From positions 18,665-82,664 of the forward strand of contig CAZNPB010000001.1 in the NCBI GenBank assembly GCA_964574895.1: a stretch of DNA of 64,000 nucleotides, given 5' to 3'. The stretch is from an uncultured Eubacteriales bacterium (GTDB lineage: Bacteria > Acidobacteriota > Aminicenantia > Aminicenantales > Saccharicenantaceae). A model generated the notes under the pieces. That model did no database searches. It saw only the letters and a program-made list of their open reading frames with translations, and had not been told where the DNA came from. This document shows, one piece after another, positions 45,933 to 55,028 of this stretch. Each line of letters begins with the position of its first letter. The stretch's first letter is position 1. A program made the translations under genes and the position numbers.

Positions 45933-47189
45933 ATGGCTAAAAGACCTGCCACCCTCGGGGTCGGCATCATCGGGGGCGGCTTCATCGCCCGCTTCCACAT
46001 CCGTTCCTGGATCGGCGTCCGCGACGCCGACATCCTGGGCGTGTTCGATCCGGACGCCCGGCGGGCCCGGGAGGCCTGCGCGCTGGCCCGGTCGCTGGGC
46101 GTCGGAGAGGCCGAGCCCTTCGCCTCCATCACCGCGATGGCCGCCGACCCGCGCATCGGGGCCCTCTGGATCTGCGCCCCCAACTTCACGCGGGGCGAGG
46201 TCATGGAAGAGATCGCCCAGGCCGTGCTCAAAGGCCGGGCCGAGCTGGCCGGCGTGGCCTGCGAGAAGCCCCTCGGACGCAACGCCCGGGAGGCCCGGCG
46301 GATGCGCGAGCTGGCCCGCAAGGCCGGGCTGCTCGACGGCTACCTCGAGAACCAGGTCTTCTCCCCGGCCGTCGTCCGCGGCCGCGAGATCGTCTGGGCC
46401 CGCGGCGCGGCCCTGTCCGGGCCGCCCTACCTGGCCCGGGCCTCCGAGGAGCACAGCGGCCCGCACATGCCCTGGTTCTGGGAAGGCACCCTGCAGGGCG
46501 GCGGCGTCCTCAACGACATGATGTGCCATTCGGTCGAGGAAGCCCGCTTCATGCTCACCCCGCCCGGCGCGCCCCGCGACGTCCTGACCCCCGTCAGCGT
46601 CTCGGCCTACACCAACTGCCTCAAGTGGCAGGAGCCCAAGTACGCCGCCATCCTGCGCAAGAACAGCGGCGGCAAGACCGATTACCTGAAGCGTCCCTCC
46701 GAGGACTACGCCCGGTCCCTGGTCGAGTACAAGGACCGCGCGGGCAAGACGCTGGTCGTCGAGACGACCACCAGCTGGTGCTACGTCGGCGCCGGCCTGC
46801 GCTTGAGCATGGAGCTGCTCGGCCCCGAGTACGCCATGCAGGTCAACACGCTCGACACGGGCCTCAAGGTCTTCTTCAGCCGCGAGGTCCGCGGCAAAGC
46901 CGGCGAGGACCTGGTCGAGAAACAGAACGCCGAGATCGGGCTCATGCCCGTCGTGGCCGACGAGGCCGGCGAATACGGCTACACGGCCGAGAACCGGCAC
47001 ATGGTGCGGTCCTTCCTGGCCGGGAAGCGGCCCGAGGAGAACTTCGACGACGGCGTGGCCGTGGCCGAGCTGCTCATGGCCGCGTACCGCAGCGCCGAGC
47101 TCGGCCGGACCGTGCCCTTCCCGTTCAAGGGCCTGGAGAGCTACGTGCCGCCCGTCGCCCTGGGAAAGTGGAACCCGAAGTCCCGGTAA
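45933..47189 (+). CDS. Gfo/Idh/MocA-family NAD(P)-dependent oxidoreductase
   Basis: The start at MAKRPATLGVGIIGGGFIARFH gives the Rossmann fold at the N-terminus. The conserved EKP motif is in ACEKPLGRN. Confidence 0.85.
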   Translation: MAKRPATLGVGIIGGGFIARFHIRSWIGVRDADILGVFDPDARRAREACALARSLGVGEAEPFASITAMAADPRIGALWICAPNFTRGEVMEEIAQAVLKGRAELAGVACEKPLGRNAREARRMRELARKAGLLDGYLENQVFSPAVVRGREIVWARGAALSGPPYLARASEEHSGPHMPWFWEGTLQGGGVLNDMMCHSVEEARFMLTPPGAPRDVLTPVSVSAYTNCLKWQEPKYAAILRKNSGGKTDYLKRPSEDYARSLVEYKDRAGKTLVVETTTSWCYVGAGLRLSMELLGPEYAMQVNTLDTGLKVFFSREVRGKAGEDLVEKQNAEIGLMPVVADEAGEYGYTAENRHMVRSFLAGKRPEENFDDGVAVAELLMAAYRSAELGRTVPFPFKGLESYVPPVALGKWNPKSR

Positions 47190-47205
47190 GATCCGAGGAG
47201 GACCC

Positions 47206-48675
47206 ATGAAGCGCGCCCTTTGCACCCTCGCCCTGGCGATCCTCGTCGCCGCCGCGGCCGGACAGGCCTGCGGCGCCCCGGCCCAGATCCGCCACATCTC
47301 GCCCGAGCTCCAGAAGGCCGTCGCGGCCGCCGACTACGCCGGCGTCCGCATCAAGCCCTTCCCCTTCGCCTCCGAGGCCTGGACCTTCCGCAAGTTCACG
47401 TTCGTCGAGACCCTGGCCAAGCTCAAAGCCCTCGGCGTCGGCGCCCTGGAGGCCTTCCCCGGCCAGGCCCTGGCGGCCGAGCGGCCCGGGGCCGCCTTCG
47501 ACGAGAACATGACCGACGAACAGGCCGACTTCGCCAAAAAGGCCCTGGCCGAGTCCGGCGTCACGCTCTACGGCTACGGCGTCTGCGACCTCGGCACGAC
47601 CGAAGCCAGCATGCGCAAGGTCTTCGATTTCGCCCGCAAGATGGGCATCCGCGTCCTCGTCTGCGAGCCGGCCGACGACGATTTCACCCTGCTCGAGAAG
47701 TTGGTCCGGGAATACGACGTCAAGATCGCCATCCACAACCACCCCGCCCCGGCCAAGTACAACCTGCCCGAGACCGTCTTCGCGCACGTCGACGGCAAGG
47801 ACCCGCGCATCGGGGCCTGCGCCGACAGCGGCCATTGGATGCGCGGCCTGAACGATCCCCGGGAGGCCTTCAAGCTGCTGGCCGGGCGCATCCTCGACGT
47901 CCACCTCAAGGACCGCAGCGGCTTCGGGACGGCCAAGGGCGTCGACGACGTGCCCTGGGGCTCCGGCCAGGGCGCCATCCGGGACCTCCTGGCCGAGCTG
48001 ACCCTCCAGGACTACGACGGCTATCTGACCATGGAGTACGAGAACGAATCCGAGGTCGGCGACCCGATGCCCGCCTTCCGCAAGTCCATCGCCTACGTCA
48101 AGAGCGTCACCTATTACGACGGCTTCACCCAGATCCTGCGGCGCGGCGGCGGCGGCTACGAGAAGTACGGCTGGAACCATTACGGCCCCGGCTACTTCGA
48201 GTGCGATCCCCGGACCGGCGTCCTCAAGGGCCAGGGCGGCATGGGGCTGCTCTGGTACGGCCGCAAGCTCAAGGACTTCGTCCTCGAGTGCGAGTTCAAG
48301 TGCTCGACGCCGACCACGAACTCGGGCATCTTCCTGCGCGTCCCCGAGGTCCCGGTGAGCGACGACTACATCTATCACGCCCTCGAGGTCCAGATCGACG
48401 ACGCCTCGACCGGCATCCATCACACGGGCGCCGCCTACGACATCGAAGCCCCCCGGGTCCTGGCCTCGGCCCCGACCGGATCCTGGAACCACATGCGCAT
48501 CGAGTTCAAGGGCCAGCACCTGAAGATCGATCTCAACGGCCGGACGGTCCTCGACTGGCAGGCCCGCCCCGGCGGCAAGGTCAAGGACCTCTCGCCCGAG
48601 GGCTATATCGGCCTCCAGAACCACGACAGCCAGTCGCCGCCCTACTTCCGCAACGTCTTTCTCAAGGAACTGTGA
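47206..48675 (+). CDS. Secreted fusion: xylose-isomerase-like TIM barrel (sugar phosphate isomerase/epimerase family) + DUF1080 (3-keto-disaccharide-hydrolase-like) domain
   Basis: Signal peptide. The TIM-barrel half has IAIHNHP and LTMEYENE. The C-terminal half has NSGIFLRV...EVQIDD...GLQNHDSQSPPYFRNVFLKEL, typical of DUF1080. Confidence 0.75.
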   Translation: MKRALCTLALAILVAAAAGQACGAPAQIRHISPELQKAVAAADYAGVRIKPFPFASEAWTFRKFTFVETLAKLKALGVGALEAFPGQALAAERPGAAFDENMTDEQADFAKKALAESGVTLYGYGVCDLGTTEASMRKVFDFARKMGIRVLVCEPADDDFTLLEKLVREYDVKIAIHNHPAPAKYNLPETVFAHVDGKDPRIGACADSGHWMRGLNDPREAFKLLAGRILDVHLKDRSGFGTAKGVDDVPWGSGQGAIRDLLAELTLQDYDGYLTMEYENESEVGDPMPAFRKSIAYVKSVTYYDGFTQILRRGGGGYEKYGWNHYGPGYFECDPRTGVLKGQGGMGLLWYGRKLKDFVLECEFKCSTPTTNSGIFLRVPEVPVSDDYIYHALEVQIDDASTGIHHTGAAYDIEAPRVLASAPTGSWNHMRIEFKGQHLKIDLNGRTVLDWQARPGGKVKDLSPEGYIGLQNHDSQSPPYFRNVFLKEL

Positions 48676-48722
48676 CCGCCGGGAACGACCCCGGGAACCG
48701 AGAGACCCAAGGAGGATCGCCG

Positions 48723-50054
48723 ATGACCGCCGCCAAAAGCCCTCGCAATCGACTGTTCGTCATGATGGTCCTGGAGTTCTTCATCTGGGGCGCCTGGCTG
48801 CCCCTCATTTACGGCTACCTGCCCAGCCTGGGATTCGATCCCGTCGAGCAGGCCTGGATCCTGAACGCCTTCCCCATCGCCGCCATCATCGGCATGTTCT
48901 TCAGCAACCAGTTCGCCGACCGCCATTTCGCGGCCGAGAGATTTCTCGGCTTCAGCCACCTCGTCGGCGGCCTGGCCATGCTCGGATTGGGCGCCACCCG
49001 CGCCTTTTGGCCCTTCCTGATCCTCATGTGGGTCCATTGCCTGTTCTACGTCCCGACCAACTCCATCGCCAACTCGATCGCCTTCGCCAACATGAAAGAC
49101 TCCAAGAAGGAGTTCGGCATCGTGCGCATGGGCGGCACCCTGGGCTGGATCCTGGCCGCCTGGCCGTTCACCTTCATCCTCGTCGACTGGGCCCGGGTCA
49201 AGGCCGCCGCGCCGAAGGGCGCCGTCGCCTGGCTGGGCACGGTCCTGGGCTCCGGGCTGACCGGCCCGGCGCTGAAACAGGCCACCCGCTGGACCTTCGT
49301 CGTGGCCGGCATCGCTTCGCTCCTCCTGGCCGCCTTCAGCCTGCTCCTCCCCCACACGCCGCCGAAGAAGAAGACCGCCGGGGCCGGGGACGCCACCGAG
49401 CGCTTCGCCTGGCTCGAGGCCGTCAAGCTGCTCAAGCGGCCCTTCGTCCTGATCCTCTGGCTGATCGCCTTCATCGACGCCTTCGTCCACAACCTCTATT
49501 TCAACTGGACGGGGACCTTCCTCGGCACGGCCCGGACGGCCGGCGGCGTCGGCATCGCCGGCAACTGGATCATGCCGGTCATGAGCCTGGGCCAGGTCTC
49601 GGAGCTTCTGACCATGCTGGTCCTGGGCGTGGTGCTGAAGAAGCTGGGCTGGCGGTTCACGATGCTCATCGGCATCCTGGGCCACGCCGCCCGGTTCGCG
49701 GTCTACGCCTTCTTCCCCTCGCAGCCCTGGATGATCGTGGCCATCCAGGTCCTGCACGGCATCTGCTACGCCTTCTTCTTCGCCACCGTCTACATCTTCG
49801 TCGACTGCTATTTCCCGAAAGACGTCCGCTCCAGCGCCCAGGGCCTGTTCAACGTCATGATCCTGGGATTGGGCGTCCTGGCCGCCAACACCCTCGGCCC
49901 GTGGCTGCTCCAGTCCGTCTTCACCAGCGCCGGGGTGACCGACTTCCGGTCGATGTTCCTGCTGCCCTGCCTGACGGCGCTCGGCGCGGCGGTCCTGCTG
50001 GCCGTGGCCTTCCGTCCGCCGGCCCTGGATGCGCCCGCGGCCGAGACGCCGTAG
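48723..50054 (+). CDS. MFS transporter, nucleoside:H+ symporter (NHS)-like family
   Basis: I set the start at MTAAKSPRNRLFVMMVLEFFIWGAW inside ORF 47220..50054. About 12 TM segments. AAGGAGG RBS. Confidence 0.8.
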   Translation: MTAAKSPRNRLFVMMVLEFFIWGAWLPLIYGYLPSLGFDPVEQAWILNAFPIAAIIGMFFSNQFADRHFAAERFLGFSHLVGGLAMLGLGATRAFWPFLILMWVHCLFYVPTNSIANSIAFANMKDSKKEFGIVRMGGTLGWILAAWPFTFILVDWARVKAAAPKGAVAWLGTVLGSGLTGPALKQATRWTFVVAGIASLLLAAFSLLLPHTPPKKKTAGAGDATERFAWLEAVKLLKRPFVLILWLIAFIDAFVHNLYFNWTGTFLGTARTAGGVGIAGNWIMPVMSLGQVSELLTMLVLGVVLKKLGWRFTMLIGILGHAARFAVYAFFPSQPWMIVAIQVLHGICYAFFFATVYIFVDCYFPKDVRSSAQGLFNVMILGLGVLAANTLGPWLLQSVFTSAGVTDFRSMFLLPCLTALGAAVLLAVAFRPPALDAPAAETP

Positions 50055-50177
50055 ACGCGGACCGGCCGGAACAGGAGGCGGGCCGCCCTTCCGGTACGGG
50101 GCGGCCCCGGGCGCCGGTCAGAAGGAGACGGCCCGGGACTCTCCCTTCGGAGACGTCCCGGACCGGCCGCTCCGTTC

Positions 50178-53100
50178 TTAGAAGCCCGGGCTGATGCTCA
50201 ACTGGAGGTGCCAGCCGCGCACCGGCCGGTCGATTGGGTAGACGTAATTCAGGCCCAGGATGAGATAGCCGAAAAGGTTCGTTCGCAGGCCGACGCCGTA
50301 ACTGCGCAGGGGCTTGCGCTGGCCGTCCCCGATGAACCAGGGCCGGACCAGGTTGGGGTCGGGCTGGCCCTCGGCGTCGTAACCGCCCCACCAGTTGCTG
50401 GGCTGGGAGGCGTAGGCGAGGCCCCAATCGTAGAAGGCGAAGGCCTCGAGGGGCCAGGCGCCGTAGAAGCCCTTGCCCAGGCCCAGCAGGCCCAGGAGGG
50501 GGAAGCGCAGCTCGAAGTTGGCCATGAGCATCCGGCTGCCGTAGAGCCGGCTGAAATCGAAGTTCTTGGTCGGGTCGTTCTGGTATTCGGTCAGCTCGGC
50601 CGTGGAGATCGAATCGTAGCCGCGGATGAGGTCCCAGTACCCGATGTAGAGCGGATAGAAGCGGGTGTCCTCGGCGTCCCGGCCGTAGCGGCCGTAGTGC
50701 ATGGCCCGGAAGGCCAGGGTGAAGGGCTTGACGGGCATCAGGTACTTTCGGAAATCCAGGACCGCGGTCGTGAAGGAGACCTTGCCCACGGCCGGGGAGA
50801 CCTGGATGCCCAGGTTCTGGCCGAGGATGGGGCTGGTCGCCCCGAAGATCCCGGTGTCGTAAAAATACCCGGCCGTGGCGTAGCCGTATCCCAGGCTCGA
50901 CGGCATGTCGTCGGGATGGGTCTTGCGGTAATCGATGAGGTAGCCGGCCAGGTCGTAGATCCGCTCGTAGACGGAGTGCTGGAAGTCCTCCAGCCGGAAG
51001 CCGCCGCTCAGCTGGAACCGGCTGACCTGGCTCAAGGGATAGGAGCCGAAGATCGAGGCGTCGTAGTTGATCAGGCGATAGACGTCCTCGACCTCGTGGT
51101 AGAAGCCGTCCTCGCCGATGCCGAAATAATAATAGGAATACGGATAGACGATGCGCTGGGCCGCCGCGCCCCAGTTGAGCCGGTTGCGGTTGTTGAGGTA
51201 GGCCACGACGCCCGACGTGTCCGCCACCCGGGAGCCGGTGAAGGCGGTCGTGACGACCGTGTGGTACCCCAGCATGTCGCTCCAATAGGCGGCCACGCCG
51301 CCCGCTCCGTAGGTCCCGTAGCGGTCGACGCCGATGGCCACGCTCGGCGGCATGACGTAGTCCAGGGACAGCTTGGGCTTGTAGGGCACGACGGCGAAAG
51401 CGGTGTCCTTGGGCAGGCCGAAGAGCGGGTTCTTGAGCAGGCCCAGCAGCGAGCCCTCCGGCTCGTTGCGCGGCGGCAGGACCGCGGGATTGCGGTCGAA
51501 CTGGGCCAGGAAGGCCTGGCCGGCGAGGACGGCCGGGTCGTCGATGGCGTAGACCGTGTAATAGCCGTCCTGGTAGCCGGAGAAGACGAGGCGCCCCGTG
51601 GCCAGGGCCAGCGAGATGGACGGGCTCAACTCGGTGATGCCGGCCACCCCGGTGTAGAGGTTGGTGACCTGGGTGATCTTGGCCGAGGCGACGTCGATCC
51701 GGTAGATGTCCGTCTTGCCGCTCTGGTCCGAGAGGAAGTAGAGGGCCTGCGAATCGGCGGTCCACTGGGGATTGATATTCTTGCCCGCGGGGAAGGCCAG
51801 GAGCTTCTGGACGCGGCCCGTCTCAACGTCGAGCAGGGCCAGCTCGTACTTGCCGAAATCGACCCACTCGACGTTGCTGGAGAACCTCTCGGTGACGAAG
51901 GCGATGGTCCGGCCGTCGGGGGACCAGACCGGCTGGAGGTCGCCGAAGACGTCCCGGGTCATCTGCTTGAGGACGTTGTCCTGAAGGTCGTAGATGAAGA
52001 TGTCGGAAAGGCCGCCGGCCAGCCCCGTGAAGGCGACATAGCGGCCGTCGGGCGACCAGGCCGGGCTCAGGATCTCGGCCAGCTCGTTGAAGGGCACTTC
52101 CCGCTCGATCTTGTCCTTCTTCATGTCGATGATCGTCAGGACCGGGCGGCCCTTGGCCACCCCGGCGAAGACGAACCTGCCGCCCTGGGCGTCCCAGGCG
52201 CCGGAGGACTTGATGAACTGGATGCTCTCGAAATGGGGGTCGACGGCCGTCGAGACGATCTTGCGCCGGACCTTGCCGGTGTCGGCGTCGGCCAGGAACA
52301 AGTCGACCGAGAAGAGGTCGCGGCTCGACAGGAAGACGATGGACTTGCCGTCGGGGCTGATGGACGGGGCGATGTTGTAGGGATTCGTCTCGCTGCCCTT
52401 GAACAGGGGCCGGCCGGCCTTGTCCGGGGCCTGGGTCTTGTCGGCCAGGGGGCCGTAGGCGGCCTGGAGGGACTTGTGCCAGTCGTCCGAGAGCTGCTTG
52501 AGCTTGAGGCCGAGGACGCTCTCGAGGATGACCTCGTAGTCGCCGGCGCGGCCGACCGACTTCATCATCTTGCCGACGACCTCGTCGCCCCAGCGCCCGG
52601 TGATGTAGGCCCAGACGGCCTGGCCCCAACGGTAGGGGAAGTACTTGTAGGAGTTGTCCAGCTTCTTGAGCTGCGGCAGCTCTTTGCGGCGGACGGCGTC
52701 GCGCATCCACATCGAGGTGTTGGGGTCGACGGGGCCGATGGACAGGTACTCGGCCATGCCCTCGATGAACCAGAGGGGGATGCGCAGGGCGGCGTCGTTG
52801 CCGCGGGCCTGGTCCGAATGGCCGATGGCCATGATGTCGTATTGGAAGGCGTGGACGAGCTCGTGCCCGATGACGTGGTCGGTCTCGGCCATGGTGGCCC
52901 CGTAAGGCAGGACGACGCGGCGCTTGAACGACTCGGTGACGCCGCCGGTCCCCTCCCCCATGATCTCGGGGATGACCGTCGTCTGCTGGAACTCGGGGCC
53001 GCTGGCGTAGAGCACCAGGGGCTGGCGGCCCTTGAGCTCGTGATTGAACATGCGGGACAGGCGCGCGTACCAGCGTTCGGCCATGAGGCCGGCCGTTTTG

Positions 53101-53291
53101 ACCGTCTCCTGGTCCTGGAGATAGAAGTAGATGTCGAAATGGCGCGTCTTCATGATCTTGAAGTCGAACTTGTTGTACTGGACCTTGTTCTTGCCGTACC
53201 ACTGGGCCCGCAAGCCCGGCGCGCCGGCGCCGGCCAGGACGCCGGCCAGGGCCAGGGCGGTCAGGATCTTCGCCAACGGGGATTTCCGCAT
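50178..53291 (-). CDS. Outer-membrane fusion protein: HExxH metalloprotease-like domain + PD40/TolB-type beta-propeller repeats + Omp85/BamA-type C-terminal beta-barrel
   Basis: I set the start at MRKSPLAKILTALALAG (signal peptide). It has HExxH (VIGHELVHAF) and PD40 repeats (ISPDGKSIVFLSSRD, WSPDGRYVAFTG, WSPDGRTIAFVTER, SDQSGKTDIYRI). The Omp85-like end reads ANFELRFPL...FYDWG...SYGVGLR...LQLSISPGF, with a terminal Phe. Confidence 0.8.
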   Translation of the reverse strand: MRKSPLAKILTALALAGVLAGAGAPGLRAQWYGKNKVQYNKFDFKIMKTRHFDIYFYLQDQETVKTAGLMAERWYARLSRMFNHELKGRQPLVLYASGPEFQQTTVIPEIMGEGTGGVTESFKRRVVLPYGATMAETDHVIGHELVHAFQYDIMAIGHSDQARGNDAALRIPLWFIEGMAEYLSIGPVDPNTSMWMRDAVRRKELPQLKKLDNSYKYFPYRWGQAVWAYITGRWGDEVVGKMMKSVGRAGDYEVILESVLGLKLKQLSDDWHKSLQAAYGPLADKTQAPDKAGRPLFKGSETNPYNIAPSISPDGKSIVFLSSRDLFSVDLFLADADTGKVRRKIVSTAVDPHFESIQFIKSSGAWDAQGGRFVFAGVAKGRPVLTIIDMKKDKIEREVPFNELAEILSPAWSPDGRYVAFTGLAGGLSDIFIYDLQDNVLKQMTRDVFGDLQPVWSPDGRTIAFVTERFSSNVEWVDFGKYELALLDVETGRVQKLLAFPAGKNINPQWTADSQALYFLSDQSGKTDIYRIDVASAKITQVTNLYTGVAGITELSPSISLALATGRLVFSGYQDGYYTVYAIDDPAVLAGQAFLAQFDRNPAVLPPRNEPEGSLLGLLKNPLFGLPKDTAFAVVPYKPKLSLDYVMPPSVAIGVDRYGTYGAGGVAAYWSDMLGYHTVVTTAFTGSRVADTSGVVAYLNNRNRLNWGAAAQRIVYPYSYYYFGIGEDGFYHEVEDVYRLINYDASIFGSYPLSQVSRFQLSGGFRLEDFQHSVYERIYDLAGYLIDYRKTHPDDMPSSLGYGYATAGYFYDTGIFGATSPILGQNLGIQVSPAVGKVSFTTAVLDFRKYLMPVKPFTLAFRAMHYGRYGRDAEDTRFYPLYIGYWDLIRGYDSISTAELTEYQNDPTKNFDFSRLYGSRMLMANFELRFPLLGLLGLGKGFYGAWPLEAFAFYDWGLAYASQPSNWWGGYDAEGQPDPNLVRPWFIGDGQRKPLRSYGVGLRTNLFGYLILGLNYVYPIDRPVRGWHLQLSISPGF

Positions 53292-53412
53292 CGGGGCTCT
53301 CCTTCGATCGTCTTGTTCCGAGGGCTGACGGGTTGCTTGGAGGTCGCCCTCCCGGTCGGGAGGTCTGAGTGCGCGCATAGGTCGAAACTCCTTTCGACCC
53401 CTTTCCGCCGAT

Positions 53413-53421
53413 ATCTTAGCA
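53413..53421 (-). promoter_or_regulatory. Extended -10 promoter (TGCTAAGAT) with a ~115-nt structured leader for the fusion OMP gene
   Basis: The minus strand reads atatTGCTAAGAT. The leader contains hairpins at 53380..53399 (ggtcgaaa/tttcgacc) and 53348..53363 (cctccc/gggagg). Confidence 0.45.
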
Positions 53422-53511
53422 ATATCGTAGTCTTTTGTCCATAAGCTCCAACGCCGCCGGGGCTGGCGGCGTTGCGCGGCCGGAGGGCCGGACGGCCGGT
53501 CCTCATTTCGA

Positions 53512-53541
53512 TTGACCCGGCCGCCGGAATTCCTGTAAGAT
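53512..53541 (+). promoter_or_regulatory. Candidate promoter TTGACC-18-TAAGAT (TGt-extended) for the permease-peptidase locus
   Basis: Hexamers at 53512..53517 and 53536..53541. The ATG at 53553 is only 11 nt downstream and no RBS is evident, so the transcript would be near-leaderless. Confidence 0.45.
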
Positions 53542-53552
53542 GCGGGTCGGAC

Positions 53553-54860
53553 ATGACGACGCAGATCCTGGTGATATTGGCGGTCATGGTCGCCGCCTAC
53601 GCCGCGGCCAAAGCGGCCAAGCTGTCGGTCGAGATCGGCATGTTCGCCGCGGCCGCGGCCGGCGGGCTGGCCGGGGCGGTCGTCAAGACCCCGCCTTTGG
53701 GCGAGCTGGGCCGCCACCTCGTCGAGGGCTCGATCACCTACCTCGACGTCATGCTGGTCTTCTTCACGGCCACCTTCTTCATGGCCCTGGTCGACGATTC
53801 GGGCGGCGTCGTCTACGCCGTCCGGGCCACCCTGCGGATTTTCGGCCGGCAGCGGGTCCTAGCCCTCCTGGCCCTGATGGTCATCGTCCTCATCCCCGGC
53901 GCGCTGACGGGGGCGGGCAGCGTCTCGCTCCTGGTCGTCGGCGCCCCGGTGGCCATGGCCCTGGGGCGGATGGGCGTCCCGCCGAAGCGGGTGGCGGCCA
54001 TCCTGTTCATCGTGGCCGGACTGAGCGCGGCCGCGCCGCCGGTCAATATCTGGGCCATGATCCTCTGCGCCGGCACGGCCATCCCCTATGTCGGCTTCGA
54101 ATTCACCCTGGGCATCCCCGTGCTCCTCCTCGGCGCCTTCACCGTGCTCGTCCTGGGCCTGAAAAGGGACCCGGCGGCCGGGACCGGCCCGGTCGAGCTG
54201 CCCGAACCGCCGGCCGGCATGACCTGGTGGCGGGTCCTCGTCCCCTTCCTTGTCTTTTTCGGCTTGGTCGCGGCCTATCGCGTCTGGCCGTTCGCGACGC
54301 CCATCTTCGGCCTGGCCCTGGAATTCGCCCTGGCCGCCTTGGCCGCCGTCCTTGTCAGCCCGAAGCGCATCGCCGTCCTGGGCTTGGCCGGCAAGACCGT
54401 CAAGCGCCTGCTGCCGCTGCTGGCCACCACGGCCGTCGTCGGCATGCTCCAGCAGATCATGACCGCCACCGGCGTCCGCGGACTGATCTCGTTCGCCGTC
54501 ATCTCGACGCCGCTCGTTCTTCTGTTCATCCTGCTGCCGGTCATCATCCCCTATTCCGAAGGGGTTCTGACCTACGGCGCCGCAGCCATCATCGGCATCC
54601 CGCTCATCTGGTTCCTGGATTCGATCGGTTTCCACGCCACCGTCGTCATCGCCGGATTGAGCCTGCTCTGGCCTCTCGGCGACGGCCTGCCGCCGACGGC
54701 CCTGATCGGCCGCCTGAGCGTCATGGTCTCGGGATATCAGGGGCCCTATAAGGCCTTCCTGAAGGCCACCTGGCTGCCCTGGCTGGTCATCACGGCCGCG
54801 GCCATGGCCATGATCCTGTTCAGCGCCAAGCTGGCCTTTCTGGTCAAGTGGAGCATGTAG
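53553..54860 (+). CDS. Polytopic permease (ion-transporter superfamily, DctM/GntP/CitMHS-like; family not resolved)
   Basis: I set the start at MTTQILVILAVMVAAYAAA. About 12 hydrophobic segments, with Gly/Ala/Pro-rich re-entrant-like segments. Confidence 0.7.
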   Translation: MTTQILVILAVMVAAYAAAKAAKLSVEIGMFAAAAAGGLAGAVVKTPPLGELGRHLVEGSITYLDVMLVFFTATFFMALVDDSGGVVYAVRATLRIFGRQRVLALLALMVIVLIPGALTGAGSVSLLVVGAPVAMALGRMGVPPKRVAAILFIVAGLSAAAPPVNIWAMILCAGTAIPYVGFEFTLGIPVLLLGAFTVLVLGLKRDPAAGTGPVELPEPPAGMTWWRVLVPFLVFFGLVAAYRVWPFATPIFGLALEFALAALAAVLVSPKRIAVLGLAGKTVKRLLPLLATTAVVGMLQQIMTATGVRGLISFAVISTPLVLLFILLPVIIPYSEGVLTYGAAAIIGIPLIWFLDSIGFHATVVIAGLSLLWPLGDGLPPTALIGRLSVMVSGYQGPYKAFLKATWLPWLVITAAAMAMILFSAKLAFLVKWSM

Positions 54861-54875
54861 GAGCGAGCCCAGACC

Positions 54876-55028
54876 ATGATCATCATGATCTCCTACTACC
54901 TGATCACGGCCGTCCTCCTCGGCCTGGCCGTCTGGAACTTCGTCCGGGAGAAGGACAAGCGCCAGGACCTCGTCCTCTACGCCCTGGTGATCATCCCGCT
55001 CCTGCTTCGGCTCTTGAGGTGGAAATGA
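54876..55028 (+). CDS. 50-aa two-TM micro-membrane protein
   Basis: My own translation is MIIMISYYLITAVLLGLAVWNFVREKDKRQDLVLYALVIIPLLLRLLRWK; it is not in the ORF track. AGGAG lies 12 nt upstream. Its TGA overlaps the next gene's ATG (ATGA). Confidence 0.55.
   Translation: MIIMISYYLITAVLLGLAVWNFVREKDKRQDLVLYALVIIPLLLRLLRWK

Noticed and set aside
50055-50177. GC-rich hairpins between the convergent MFS and OMP genes as canonical terminators
   Set aside because: Stems are present (for example 50080..50088 / 50099..50107), but neither is followed by a U-run on the relevant strand. I did not list them as terminators.
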